Source of the DNA: Archaeoglobus sp. JdFR-37
GTDB taxonomy: Archaea; Halobacteriota; Archaeoglobi; Archaeoglobales; Archaeoglobaceae
Assembly (NCBI GenBank): GCA_002010215.1
Contig: MTMY01000047.1
Coordinates: 62,001 to 126,000 of the forward strand
Direction: 5' to 3'
Length of the DNA: 64,000 nt
How positions within the stretch are numbered: position 1 is the first letter of the stretch; each line of letters begins with the position of its first letter. This document shows, in pieces, positions 30,069 through 40,293 of the stretch. The notes below the pieces were generated by a model. It saw only the letters and a list, made by a program, of their open reading frames with translations. It did not search any database and was not told the DNA's origin. Made by a program: the position numbers and the translations under genes.

Positions 30069-31397
30069 TCAATGTATCTCGCTTCCGTATCTCTTTTTCA
30101 GCATGAAGGATATTGTTATGGATATCAGTGCTAGAGCCACGTAAACAACAAAACCTCTGGCGTATCCTAGCTCTCCGAACATATCCACGAAAACTCCTAG
30201 GATTGGTGGAACTACGAATCCTCCGAAGGCGCCCAGACCACCGACCCATCCGCTTGCACCTCCAACAGCCTCTGGCACATATTTGGCTACGAGCTTGAAC
30301 ACTGCAGCGTTGGCTATGCCCATTCCAGCACCGATGAAAATTTCTCCGATTAAAGCGGGACCGAAGCTTGTGGAGAACATTAGTATTGCGGCTCCAATTA
30401 GAACTAGGGAGAAGCTCATTATTGCTGTTCTCTCTCCACCCATTCTGTCACTGAGATGCCCACCGTAAACTCTGATAAAGGATGCCAGCAATGAAAAGCC
30501 GACGCCACCAAGAATGCCGGCAGTCCTTATGTCAAAGCCGTGAAAAAGTCGCCAATAAGTGGGGAACCAGGTGGTCAGAGCCAGGAAACCACCGAAGGAT
30601 GTGAAGTAAAGAGCAACAAGAGCCCAGGTTCTGCTAATCCTTGCAGATATCTTGAGGGCATCGATGAGAGTCCCTGAAGGGAACAACTCTTGGCCAAGTT
30701 GCTTTGCAACACTGACTGCCTCATCTCTCGGCACACCCTTCTTTCTTAGCTGGAAATAGTAGGCATCATGGGCAATTATGGCGTAGATAATTGTTCCTGC
30801 CAGTAAAAACAGGAACCATGCAGCATAAGCGCCTGCAAGCCCTAAAGCAGCCAGTGCAAAGGGAATTATCAGAGTAAAGAAGCCTGGAGCAGTGTTCCCA
30901 AGTCCGGCATAGGTGCCCAAAGCCCAACCCTGTCTTCTCTGGGGGAACCAGTAGGAGGTCTGAGGGATGCCAACTGAGAATGTGGCAACTCCACACCCGC
31001 TCAGAGCCCCGAACAGAAGGATGAATGGATACATCTCCATTGTGAGATTATCTGGGTAGTATGCAAATAGTATTGCTGTAAGTCCTGCCATACCTATTAC
31101 AGACAGCGATAGCAGCGTTAGTAGAGGTTTCTTGCCACCAACCTTGTCAACCCATGCACCGAATGGAATCCTGAGTAAGGAACCGGTCAGCTGGGGTATT
31201 GCCACAAGCAATCCCAGCATGGCTCCAGAAAGCCCCATCACATCCTTGAACTCCTTGGCGGTTGGCCCGTAGAGGGCGACAGCAGCAAAGCCGACGAAGA
31301 ATCCAAGAGTTGCAGCTATCAGTCCTTCAGTTGGATTTCCTTTTAGCCCATATTTATTTTTCAGCTCCTCAACACTAATTTCCATCATTTTCACCAC
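30069..31397 (-). CDS. narK: Nitrate/nitrite MFS transporter
   Basis: GSLLRIPFG, G.ALG..AGLGN, FGGFLAL and GWVGGLGAFGGF nitrate signatures. Confidence 0.92.
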   Translation of the reverse strand: MVKMMEISVEELKNKYGLKGNPTEGLIAATLGFFVGFAAVALYGPTAKEFKDVMGLSGAMLGLLVAIPQLTGSLLRIPFGAWVDKVGGKKPLLTLLSLSVIGMAGLTAILFAYYPDNLTMEMYPFILLFGALSGCGVATFSVGIPQTSYWFPQRRQGWALGTYAGLGNTAPGFFTLIIPFALAALGLAGAYAAWFLFLLAGTIIYAIIAHDAYYFQLRKKGVPRDEAVSVAKQLGQELFPSGTLIDALKISARISRTWALVALYFTSFGGFLALTTWFPTYWRLFHGFDIRTAGILGGVGFSLLASFIRVYGGHLSDRMGGERTAIMSFSLVLIGAAILMFSTSFGPALIGEIFIGAGMGIANAAVFKLVAKYVPEAVGGASGWVGGLGAFGGFVVPPILGVFVDMFGELGYARGFVVYVALALISITISFMLKKRYGSEIH

Positions 31398-31485
31398 CTC
31401 TTTACAACTCCTTCACATTCCTGCATTCCTTCCATCATTCCTCTTCATCATTCCCTCCATATTCCAATATCCAGGTCTCACGATC

Positions 31486-32166
31486 TCACTTCCCCAGTTG
31501 CTTCTCTCTCCTTACCCACCTGTAAAGAATCGGCGGGTCTTTCAAGTAATCCAGTGGAAGGAACAGAAAGTGTACCAGTTTTGTGAAGGGCAGTACTGCC
31601 AGAATCAGAAAGGCTCCAGCCACATGTAATTTGAACACCAGTGGGAGTCCGGAAACAAAACCTATTTGAGGGTTCAGAGTCAGCAGCGAGTACAGCCAGG
31701 GAACAGCTGTATGGAGGTACCATTCCATCCCCCACCTGACAAAAAGCCCCATGTAAACTCCAGTTGCTGCCTGAAGAAGTATGAGCAAGAGCAGTACCCA
31801 GTCCGCATAGCTGGTAACAGCTCTGACGACGCCTGAAAATCTCCGCACGAGCAGTATAATACTTCCAAAAAGAGTCATCAGACCGAGACCTAAAGCTATG
31901 CTTTCCAGAGCGATGAGAGCTGATAAATCGGACAGCAAGGACTGGATAGTTGAGGGGAAAAGAAAACCTATAATGTGGCCGGCAAGAATCAGTACCACAC
32001 CATAGTGCCAGGGAATACTACCCCAGTACAGACTCCTCCTCTCCAAAAACTGTGTGGAAAATGTACTCCAGTCCAGCCTGTTGGAGAAGTAGCGGTATGG
32101 TGTCACGAAGATTGCGAGAGCTATAGCAAAATACGGCAGTACAGCAAAAATCAGAACATCGAGCAT
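31486..32166 (-). CDS. narI: Respiratory nitrate reductase gamma subunit (cytochrome b)
   Basis: STQFLE, PWHYG....GH and KLH...PFTKLVH: four heme b His ligands. Confidence 0.95.
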   Translation of the reverse strand: MLDVLIFAVLPYFAIALAIFVTPYRYFSNRLDWSTFSTQFLERRSLYWGSIPWHYGVVLILAGHIIGFLFPSTIQSLLSDLSALIALESIALGLGLMTLFGSIILLVRRFSGVVRAVTSYADWVLLLLILLQAATGVYMGLFVRWGMEWYLHTAVPWLYSLLTLNPQIGFVSGLPLVFKLHVAGAFLILAVLPFTKLVHFLFLPLDYLKDPPILYRWVRREKQLGK

Positions 32167-32765
32167 TTTATCACCCCCTTACCTAGGTTTCTCCCATTTT
32201 TTGGATTTTCACCACCACCTGAACCAACATCTGCATCAGAAATGCATAAAATATATGAGAGGAGAATAGGCTGCCTGTAGGGAGTATCCTTCTTCTCCAC
32301 TTTTCTCCGCATCTTATTTAGCCCATCTATTACGAAATTAACAATAAACTCTTTTCTATCCTCTCTTCCAAGGTAGGATAGAAAATCCATGATAACGGAA
32401 ATGTGGTCGGGCAACTCATTTTTGGGCACTTCAAAGCCGTGAATTCTGTAGATTTCCTTAAGCTTCACCATGTATTCTCCTTTTTTATAACTTTCACCAT
32501 ATAAATAATGTGAGATGTATGGTGGGCAGAGGGGAAAGATATCAAAGGTCCTGACGTATTCCTCCTGCACTTCCCACAGCTCAGAGGTATTCAGAAATTC
32601 TGCGAACTCGTCTAGCAGTTGTTCAGTATAGATTTCGTTTATAAGATATGACAGCCTCTCTACAGACTTTTTCAGCTCTGAAATATCTCTGGGATCTCTG
32701 AGATATTGAAAAAGAGTCGAGAGAAGTCTGTAGCACTCAGCCCTTGAATCTGCCGACTCCCTCAT
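32151..32765 (-). CDS. narJ: Nitrate reductase Mo-cofactor chaperone
   Basis: YVRTFD and ELPDHI motifs; position between narH and narI. Confidence 0.9.
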   Translation of the reverse strand: MRESADSRAECYRLLSTLFQYLRDPRDISELKKSVERLSYLINEIYTEQLLDEFAEFLNTSELWEVQEEYVRTFDIFPLCPPYISHYLYGESYKKGEYMVKLKEIYRIHGFEVPKNELPDHISVIMDFLSYLGREDRKEFIVNFVIDGLNKMRRKVEKKDTPYRQPILLSYILCISDADVGSGGGENPKNGRNLGKGVIKCSMF

Positions 32766-34228
32766 AATCCTCCCCTCGGCTTGGCAATTATACCAAACCC
32801 TCTACCACCCCTCCTTTCATCAGATGGGGCAACATCTAGGTACTCCCTGTGCAAGGACGGTATTGTGTAGCGTTCATGGTAACTTGCGACGGTGAAAAGG
32901 CGATAAAGTCTCTCTGTTGCGCCAGTATCTAGGGATGCTTTCCTCAAAATCTGTTCATCTGGACTCTCTCCCAAATTTTTCGCCCTCATATATGCTCGCA
33001 ACGCAATCAGCTTCTGAAGGGCGTCAACCACCACGTCTTCATTTCCAGCTGAAAACAGCTTGGATAGGTATCTGACGGGAACTCTCAGGTGCTCCATATC
33101 TGGAATGGCTTCATGGTCTTCCACATCATAGGCTATTCTCTGGGTCGCCAGTACAGGTGAGAGTGGTGGTACATAGAATGTCATGGGCATTGTTCTGAAT
33201 TCTGGATGGAGAGGCAGAGCAACTTCGAACTCTCTAATCAGAGCATAGGCTGGAGATTTGATTGCAGCATCAAGCCAGCTGTCCGGTACCCCATTCTCTT
33301 TTGCAGCTCTTCTTATCATTTCATCCTTTGGATCTAGAATTATTCTCCTCTGGGCTTCGACAAGCTCCTCGTCTCGGACTTTCAAAGCCACATCCAGTCT
33401 GTCAGCATCATAGAGGATCACTCCCACATATCGAATTCTTCCAACGCAACTATGGGCGCATGCGTTCGCCTGGGCAGTTTCAGTCCGAGGATAGCAAAAA
33501 ATGCATTTCTCCGACTTGCCAGTGTTCCAGTTATAGTAAACCTTCTTGTATGGACAGGCAGATACACAAAATCGCCATCCTCTGCATGTGTTCTGGTCAA
33601 CAAGCACGATTCCGTCTTCTCCACGCTTGTAGATGGCGCGCTGTGGGCATGCTGCAACACATGCCGGATTTAGGCAGTGATTGCAGATTCTGGGAAGGTA
33701 GAACATGAACAGCTTTCCGAAACTGCTTATGATTCTCCTTTCATCCAAATTAACATCGTTTTCTGCATAGAGGGGGGAGCCGCTCAGATCATCGTCCCAG
33801 TTGGGGCCGAATTCTATGTCTATTTTCTCTCCTGAGATGAGAGACACCGGTTCTGCAACAGGCTGGTCATCTGCCTCAGGTGCATTGTAGAGGTTAGCAT
33901 AATCGTATGTCCAGGGATGATAGTAATCCTCTAGCTTTGGCATGTAAGGCTGGTAGAATATGTTGAGGAGGGTTGAGAACTTACCAAAGGCTCTGAGCTT
34001 GACGTAATTCCCCTTAAGTACCCATCCGCCTTTGTACTTTCTCTGATCCTCCCAGAATTTCGGATACCCGGCTCCAGGCTTTGTCTCAACATTGTTCCAC
34101 CACATGTATTCCGCTCCCCTCCTGTCACTCCAGATGTTCTTGCAAGCTATGCTGCAAGTGTGACAGCCAAGGCATTTGTCCAGATTGAAGACCATAACAA
34201 GCTGAGCTCTCACATCCATGGCTATCAC
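32762..34228 (-). CDS. narH: Respiratory nitrate reductase beta subunit
   Basis: NLDKCLGCHTCSIACK, PRICNHCLNPACVAACP, CRGWRFCVSACPY and EKCIFCYPR Fe-S motifs. Confidence 0.97.
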   Translation of the reverse strand: MIAMDVRAQLVMVFNLDKCLGCHTCSIACKNIWSDRRGAEYMWWNNVETKPGAGYPKFWEDQRKYKGGWVLKGNYVKLRAFGKFSTLLNIFYQPYMPKLEDYYHPWTYDYANLYNAPEADDQPVAEPVSLISGEKIDIEFGPNWDDDLSGSPLYAENDVNLDERRIISSFGKLFMFYLPRICNHCLNPACVAACPQRAIYKRGEDGIVLVDQNTCRGWRFCVSACPYKKVYYNWNTGKSEKCIFCYPRTETAQANACAHSCVGRIRYVGVILYDADRLDVALKVRDEELVEAQRRIILDPKDEMIRRAAKENGVPDSWLDAAIKSPAYALIREFEVALPLHPEFRTMPMTFYVPPLSPVLATQRIAYDVEDHEAIPDMEHLRVPVRYLSKLFSAGNEDVVVDALQKLIALRAYMRAKNLGESPDEQILRKASLDTGATERLYRLFTVASYHERYTIPSLHREYLDVAPSDERRGGRGFGIIAKPRGGL

Positions 34229-37200
34229 CTCCTCAGCTTCTTTACAACAACGTAGGTGTCCCTGTTCACACCTGTCGGCCCCCAGTAGTTGAAGTAGTAG
34301 CTAAACTGGGCATAGCCTCCAACCATCAGAATTGGCTTTAGGCGGGTCCTAGTAACGCTGTTGTGTACTCCGCCTCTCCTCCCAGTTTTCTTGGACTTAG
34401 GTATGTAGAGTGTCCTTTCTGGAGCATGGTACATTATGGCCATTCCTCTGGGGACTCTGGCAGACACAACGGCTCTACAGACAATTACACCGTTGCTGTT
34501 ATATACTTCAACCCAGTCGTTATCGTTTATTCCGGCAGTTCTGGCATCCTCATCGTTTATCCAGACCACCTGACCGCCTCTGGATATTGTAAGCATTCTC
34601 AGATTGTCGTAATAAGTGGAATGAATGCTCCACTTCCCATGAGGTGTTATGAAATTCAGAATAAGGCCTTCATCACCCTCTATCTCGTCCAGCATCCTTG
34701 GACTTATTTTAGGCTTGAATGTTGGCAGCATTTCATAGAAAGCGAGATAATAGGGATGATCTAAGTAGAGCTCCTGTCTTCCGCTAAGCGTTCTCCAAGG
34801 TATTTCATATTCCACATTCAGGGTATATGGTGCATAAGTTCTTCCGTCGTTTATGTTCCCACTCCAAACTGGGCTGGTTATAATGCGTTTTGGCTGAGCC
34901 TTAACGTCTTCGAACGTTATCCTATAGCTCCGATATGGCTCCACTATCTGGCTTAAAGGCTTTCCTATTTTCTTTTCCAGGTTCTTGAATCCTCTGTAGC
35001 TTATCTCACCATTTGTTTCGGGAGCGAAGGTAAGAATGATGTTAGCCACGGTCACATCTTCCTCGAGAGAGACGTATCTGTTGCCATTCCATTCAATCGT
35101 TGGAAATTCATTGAGAATTTCCTCGTAAATATCGCTGGCATCCCAACTAACGCCGTGGGCACCTAGAGTTTTTATTCCTGGCCCGAGAGTGATGAAGCGT
35201 TTATAGAGATTGGCATAATCCCTCTCCACGATTATAAGTTTGGGCATAGTTTTGCCTGGTATGGCCTCACATTGACCGAGTTTCCAGTCCTTAACGTCAC
35301 TCTGTGTTAGTTCTTCCGGTGTGTCGTGTAGCAGGGGTGCCATTATTACATCTTTGACAGGCTTCGGGAAGTGTTTCGATGCCAGTTCGCTGAACTTCTT
35401 TGCTATAAGCTTGAAAATTTCCCAGTCAGATTTTGCTTCCCAAGCAGGTGATGTAGCCCCTCCCAAGCAATTTATGAACGTGTGGAGGTCCGTTGACTGA
35501 ATATCGTTCTTCTCATACCAGTGAGCTGCTGGCAGGACGATATCTGAATAGACGGCAGTTGAATCCATCCTGAAGTTAAGATCAACTATGAGGTCAAGCT
35601 TTCCTTCTGGCGCATCTCTCCATACTACTTCGCTGACAAAGTCCTTTGCAACTTCTCTCGCCATTACGTTGCTGTTTGGAGCTCCAACAAAATGCTTCAG
35701 GAAGAACTCATGACCTTTCGGGCTTGAACCTATGGCATTTCCTCTCCAGATGAACCAGATTCTTGGCCAGTTCTCTTCGGCATCAGGGTCTTCGATAGCA
35801 AACTTCAACTTACCTTCCTTCAATTTGTCCACAATCCATTTTCTCACTTCATCGTCACTCTTTGCTCCCTCTTTCTGGGCTTCCTCTACCAATTTTAAGG
35901 GGTTCTCGTTGAATTGTGGATAGAAGGGCAACCATCCTAGGCGAACTGCCTTGACGTTGTAATCTATTGTGTGCTCAGGCAACCCATCTCCATCAACGGG
36001 TTCAATGTAACTGCACCTGTCGTACCTCCACTGGTCGGTGTGGACATAGTAGAAACTCGGGGAGTTCTGGAGGCGTGGTGGTTTCACCCAGTCCTGAGCA
36101 AAAGCAACGACAGCCCACGAAGCAACTGGAGCCACCTTCTCCTGACCAACGTAATGGGCTAACCCCCCACCATTTTTGCCTACACTTCCTGTAAGTATCA
36201 GAGCTGTTATAACAGCCCTGTAATTCAGGTCGTTGTGGAACCAGTGATTCAGACCTGGGCCGATGATAGCTAAGTTTCGCCCCTCAGTCTTCTCTCCATT
36301 CTCAGCCCATTCTCTGGCTATTTTGATTACAGTCCTTCTGCCAACTTTAGTATACTTCTCTTGCCATGCTGGTGTGAAGGGTTTATTATCGTCGTAGCTT
36401 TCAGGATAGTCCCCTGGCAGGCCCCGAGAAATGCCGAGATGTGCTGCCAGTAAATCGAAGACTGTTGTAACAACTACTTCCCCTTCCTTAGTTTTTACAA
36501 CCTTTGCAGGAACGCCTCGTATACTCTCACCGTATTCGTCATAATAAAATCTCACCATTACTGTTTCTTCACCCATTAGACTGAGTTTTACGTCTATCTC
36601 TTCTCCATCTACTGCGTCCTTCATTTCCAGATTCCATTTACCTTCAATACTGCTCCATCTGAAGCCGATGCTTCCGTAGGGTATTCTGACCTCTCCATTG
36701 TCGTCTATTACACAGAGAATCCATTCAGCATTCTCAAGTACTTCACCCTTCTCAATTTCAGATGCCCTCAGAAAGCGATCCGGGACGTAAACATCTCCAT
36801 CTTTTCTAAGTTTTACTAGGAACGGCATATCTGTGTATTTCTTGGCGTATTCTAGGAAGTATGGAGTCTCTTTCTCGAAATAAAACTCTTTCATAATGAC
36901 ATGGTTGGCAGCCATCCAGAAGGCAGCATCATGTCCCTGTTCAACTGGTACCCATACGTCTGCATACTTGCTGACTTGGCTGTAGTCTGGAGAGAACACA
37001 ACAACTTTTGCACCTCTATATCTGGCTTCAGAAAGATAGTGGGTGTCAGGCGTCCTGGTCATATTCAGGTTGGAGCCCATTATGGCTATGAATCCGGCAT
37101 TGTACCAGTCAGCTGACTCGTTAACGTCGGTCTGCTCACCCCATATTTGCGGTGAAGCTGGTGGTAAGTCGCAGTACCAGTCATAAAAGCTTAGGCAGAC

Positions 37201-37788
37201 TCCTCCAAGAAGCTGGAGAAATCGGGCTCCAGATGCATAGCTCACCATCGACATGGCAGGGATGGGTGTAAAACCGATTACTCTGTCAGGTCCGTATCTC
37301 TTAATGGTATAGAGGGTTGATGCGGCTATTATCTCTACTGCTTCATCCCAGTCAGCCCTTCTGAATCCACCCATTCCCCTCTTTTTTACATACTTGTTTC
37401 TGAGCTCAGGATTTTCAACTATGCTCTTCCAAGCTTCAACAGGGTCACCATATTTTGCCTTTGCCTCCCTCCAAAGGTCCAAGAGAGCTCCCCTTATGTA
37501 GGGAAACTTTGGACGGAGTGGGCTGTAAAGGTACCATGATGCGCTAATTCCTCTTTGGCACCCTCTTGGCTCATAATTTGGTATTCCGGGGCTGAAACTG
37601 GGGTAATCTGTAGCTTGAAGCTCCCAAGTTACGATACCATCCTTTACGTAAATCCACCAGCTGCAGCTTCCGGTGCAGTTTGCTCCGTGAGTACTCCTAA
37701 CAACTTTGTCATACTGCCACCTGTTGCGGTAGAATTCCTCCCAGCTCCTTAATTCTGGAGAAAACACATCCTTTATACGTTCTGACAT
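34225..37788 (-). CDS. narG: Respiratory nitrate reductase alpha subunit (no Tat signal)
   Basis: RSTHGANCTGSC, EPRGCQRG, FYDWYCDLP (Mo-ligand Asp) and TPHGKWSIHS motifs. Confidence 0.97.
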   Translation of the reverse strand: MSERIKDVFSPELRSWEEFYRNRWQYDKVVRSTHGANCTGSCSWWIYVKDGIVTWELQATDYPSFSPGIPNYEPRGCQRGISASWYLYSPLRPKFPYIRGALLDLWREAKAKYGDPVEAWKSIVENPELRNKYVKKRGMGGFRRADWDEAVEIIAASTLYTIKRYGPDRVIGFTPIPAMSMVSYASGARFLQLLGGVCLSFYDWYCDLPPASPQIWGEQTDVNESADWYNAGFIAIMGSNLNMTRTPDTHYLSEARYRGAKVVVFSPDYSQVSKYADVWVPVEQGHDAAFWMAANHVIMKEFYFEKETPYFLEYAKKYTDMPFLVKLRKDGDVYVPDRFLRASEIEKGEVLENAEWILCVIDDNGEVRIPYGSIGFRWSSIEGKWNLEMKDAVDGEEIDVKLSLMGEETVMVRFYYDEYGESIRGVPAKVVKTKEGEVVVTTVFDLLAAHLGISRGLPGDYPESYDDNKPFTPAWQEKYTKVGRRTVIKIAREWAENGEKTEGRNLAIIGPGLNHWFHNDLNYRAVITALILTGSVGKNGGGLAHYVGQEKVAPVASWAVVAFAQDWVKPPRLQNSPSFYYVHTDQWRYDRCSYIEPVDGDGLPEHTIDYNVKAVRLGWLPFYPQFNENPLKLVEEAQKEGAKSDDEVRKWIVDKLKEGKLKFAIEDPDAEENWPRIWFIWRGNAIGSSPKGHEFFLKHFVGAPNSNVMAREVAKDFVSEVVWRDAPEGKLDLIVDLNFRMDSTAVYSDIVLPAAHWYEKNDIQSTDLHTFINCLGGATSPAWEAKSDWEIFKLIAKKFSELASKHFPKPVKDVIMAPLLHDTPEELTQSDVKDWKLGQCEAIPGKTMPKLIIVERDYANLYKRFITLGPGIKTLGAHGVSWDASDIYEEILNEFPTIEWNGNRYVSLEEDVTVANIILTFAPETNGEISYRGFKNLEKKIGKPLSQIVEPYRSYRITFEDVKAQPKRIITSPVWSGNINDGRTYAPYTLNVEYEIPWRTLSGRQELYLDHPYYLAFYEMLPTFKPKISPRMLDEIEGDEGLILNFITPHGKWSIHSTYYDNLRMLTISRGGQVVWINDEDARTAGINDNDWVEVYNSNGVIVCRAVVSARVPRGMAIMYHAPERTLYIPKSKKTGRRGGVHNSVTRTRLKPILMVGGYAQFSYYFNYWGPTGVNRDTYVVVKKLRR

Positions 37789-38585
37789 TATTTCACCCTC
37801 CCGTAATATATAGCTGCGACAATCATGGCCAGCAGGAAAAGTCCGAGACCTGACATTGGATAGATTGTCGTACTTCTTTCTTTGGATTCAGCAGCTTCCT
37901 TGAAAAATTCGATTAATGCAGCAATTTCATCGTCTGTCAGCCTCTTTCCGGCATAAATATCTTTCATAACCGGAAACTGGAGACTTTTAAGTGCACCGTA
38001 AACTCCCTTATCCCCCAATCTTGTGTAAAGGTCACTGAGGTCTGTTGCAAGACTCCCACCACTAATTCCAGCACTGTTAACAGAGTGGCATGAGATGCAC
38101 GGCGCTCCACCATTTACGAATCTCTTTTTTCCCACAAACAGAGCTTTTCCAAGTTCAGGATCAGATGCAGAAGATGGTACTGGCTCAGGTGTCTTTTCAA
38201 CTGGTGTCTCTTGAATCTCCTGTACTGTCTGAGTTTCTTCAGGTCTTGGTTCAGTTGCGGAGAACTGTTTTAGGTACTCTATTATCTTGACAGCTTCGTC
38301 TTCTGTCACACCCAGATTTGGCATCTGAAATCCGTATTTGGAAATTAACTCCATCTGTATCGGATCATTCTCGGCTGCAAGTTTATCGGGCTCCACTATT
38401 ACTCTTATGAGCCATTCTGTATCTCTTCTGTCGGTTACACCCAGTAAATCAGGCCCTGCAAGGTCACCACCACCGATGGTATGGCATCCTGCACACTTGG
38501 CAGAATACAACTCCTCGCCACTTTGAGCATATACGATATCTAACGTAAATATCAAAAATACAAAAAATATCAGAGACCTCTTCAC
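37788..38585 (-). CDS. Membrane-anchored dihaem cytochrome c (NarC-like)
   Basis: CAGCH...QMP and CISCH...VM; signal peptide and C-terminal TM. GTG start at 38585 with GGTGA RBS; stop overlaps the narG ATG. Confidence 0.85.
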   Translation of the reverse strand: MKRSLIFFVFLIFTLDIVYAQSGEELYSAKCAGCHTIGGGDLAGPDLLGVTDRRDTEWLIRVIVEPDKLAAENDPIQMELISKYGFQMPNLGVTEDEAVKIIEYLKQFSATEPRPEETQTVQEIQETPVEKTPEPVPSSASDPELGKALFVGKKRFVNGGAPCISCHSVNSAGISGGSLATDLSDLYTRLGDKGVYGALKSLQFPVMKDIYAGKRLTDDEIAALIEFFKEAAESKERSTTIYPMSGLGLFLLAMIVAAIYYGRVK

Positions 38586-38801
38586 ATTATCACCCCAGAC
38601 CACCACCAAGTTTATTCCCACACTATAGATTTCCACCATCGAGAGCTTTTTTCTTCGGGTAAAACAGATCTGCTGTCGTCAACTAAAAACAGGCGTTCCA
38701 TGACTCTCCACTGGTCTATGGATAGTCTGTGACACATATTTTCCACAATCATAAATGATGGTTGGAGAGTATATAAAGTTTTTCCCGGAGAATTTCGTAA
38801 A

Positions 38802-39596
38802 TTAAGACTTACCATATGTAACATAGAGCAGAACCCCTGTGAAAATGGCTCCACCGAGGATGTTTCCTAGAGTGACAGGAATCTGATTCCATATCCACCA
38901 CTGATAAACACTTATGTTGGCTCCAAGCATCATGCCTGTGGGGATTACAAACATATTTACTACAGAGTGTTCAAAGCCCAGAGCGAAAAAAGTCATTATT
39001 GGCAGCCATATGGCGGATATTTTACCAAATGTTGAAGTGGAGACCCAGCTGAAGACTGTACCTAAAGTAACCATCCAGTTACAGAGTATTCCTTTTACAA
39101 AGGCTGCAATCCATCCGTTTATACCGGCTGTCTCGTAAGCCAGTGTTTTTGCCTCTGCAATAGCAATTATCTTGTCTGCAAGAGGAGTCTGCGAGAGTGC
39201 AAACCCCTTTGTTATTGAAATCACCAAAAAGATTCCGTAGAAAACGCTGCCTACAAGATTTGCGATGAAGACCCACCCCCAGTTTCTGAGCAGGTTGTTG
39301 AGGTCAATCTTTCTGTCTGCTGAGGCCATTGGAAGAAGAGCGAAGTTTCCGGTGACAAGTTCGAGGCCAAGTAAAACAATCATTGCAAACCCCACAGGGA
39401 ATACTGCTGCTGACACGAGAGTTGCCGCTCCACCAGAGAAACCGTTTGAGACGGTGAATGCAAAGGATGTGGCATATCCTAAGAATACACCTGAAAGGAA
39501 CCCTCGTATCAGCATGTCCTTCCATTGCAATCCCGCTTTTTTCTCTCCAACCTTGACGGCCTCCCTTACCAGCTCAACAGGTGGTACATAATCCAT
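38802..39596 (-). CDS. Formate/nitrite transporter (FNT; NirC/FocA family)
   Basis: FPVG, LELVTGNF, KGILCNWMV and GFEHSVVNMF motifs. Confidence 0.92.
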   Translation of the reverse strand: MDYVPPVELVREAVKVGEKKAGLQWKDMLIRGFLSGVFLGYATSFAFTVSNGFSGGAATLVSAAVFPVGFAMIVLLGLELVTGNFALLPMASADRKIDLNNLLRNWGWVFIANLVGSVFYGIFLVISITKGFALSQTPLADKIIAIAEAKTLAYETAGINGWIAAFVKGILCNWMVTLGTVFSWVSTSTFGKISAIWLPIMTFFALGFEHSVVNMFVIPTGMMLGANISVYQWWIWNQIPVTLGNILGGAIFTGVLLYVTYGKS

Positions 39597-39600
39597 CCAC

Positions 39601-40293
39601 TCACCCCCTAATGTAAACCCTAAGTTCTGTCAGAAGCCTAGTTAGAACGATGAGTACTATCAAGGCTCCTGCCAGATCAGACATAATATGAGTAAACAGC
39701 AGTCCAAAGTTGGCAGATAATCCTGCAATTGCAATTAGTGTGAACGTTACTATAATTCCCTTCAATGCCTCAATCATGTCCAGAGGCTGCATCATGTGCC
39801 TTTTCATCAATTTTCTATACCTCATTAGAAGTAGAGATGTGGTAAACATCAGCAGGGAGATTATGAGAATGAGAAGTGCTAAGTACCCCATTATACGACC
39901 AGTATCCATCAGACCTTCCAAATGATATATCAACAACCAGTAAATCGAGATGTATGTGAGAACGTCAAGAAAACTTCCGTTTGGAACCACAAAGAATCCT
40001 ACTTTGCTCTTGACACCATAAAGTACTACAATTACTATAGGAATAGACATCACAATTACTCCCTTCATGAGTAGTTTCATCAAAGAGAGGTTTTCTAAGA
40101 GAAAACCGATGGAAACTGTGAAGTATATCAGGCCTAGGAGGATTAGAAGTGCAAATATTCCAAGAGTTATCATCTCCCAGTAGCTGTTTAAAATGGCAAT
40201 TCTCTCCTTATCATAAGAGTATAGGGCCATGAGGGTATAAAGTGATACTACAAGAAGCAGTAGAGGCACAGTCACAAAGTCCACGAATCCCAC
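39601..40293 (-). CDS. Uncharacterised multi-pass membrane protein
   Basis: 230 aa with about 7 hydrophobic segments; 4 bp upstream of the FNT gene; no recognised motif. Confidence 0.6.
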   Translation of the reverse strand: MGFVDFVTVPLLLLVVSLYTLMALYSYDKERIAILNSYWEMITLGIFALLILLGLIYFTVSIGFLLENLSLMKLLMKGVIVMSIPIVIVVLYGVKSKVGFFVVPNGSFLDVLTYISIYWLLIYHLEGLMDTGRIMGYLALLILIISLLMFTTSLLLMRYRKLMKRHMMQPLDMIEALKGIIVTFTLIAIAGLSANFGLLFTHIMSDLAGALIVLIVLTRLLTELRVYIRG

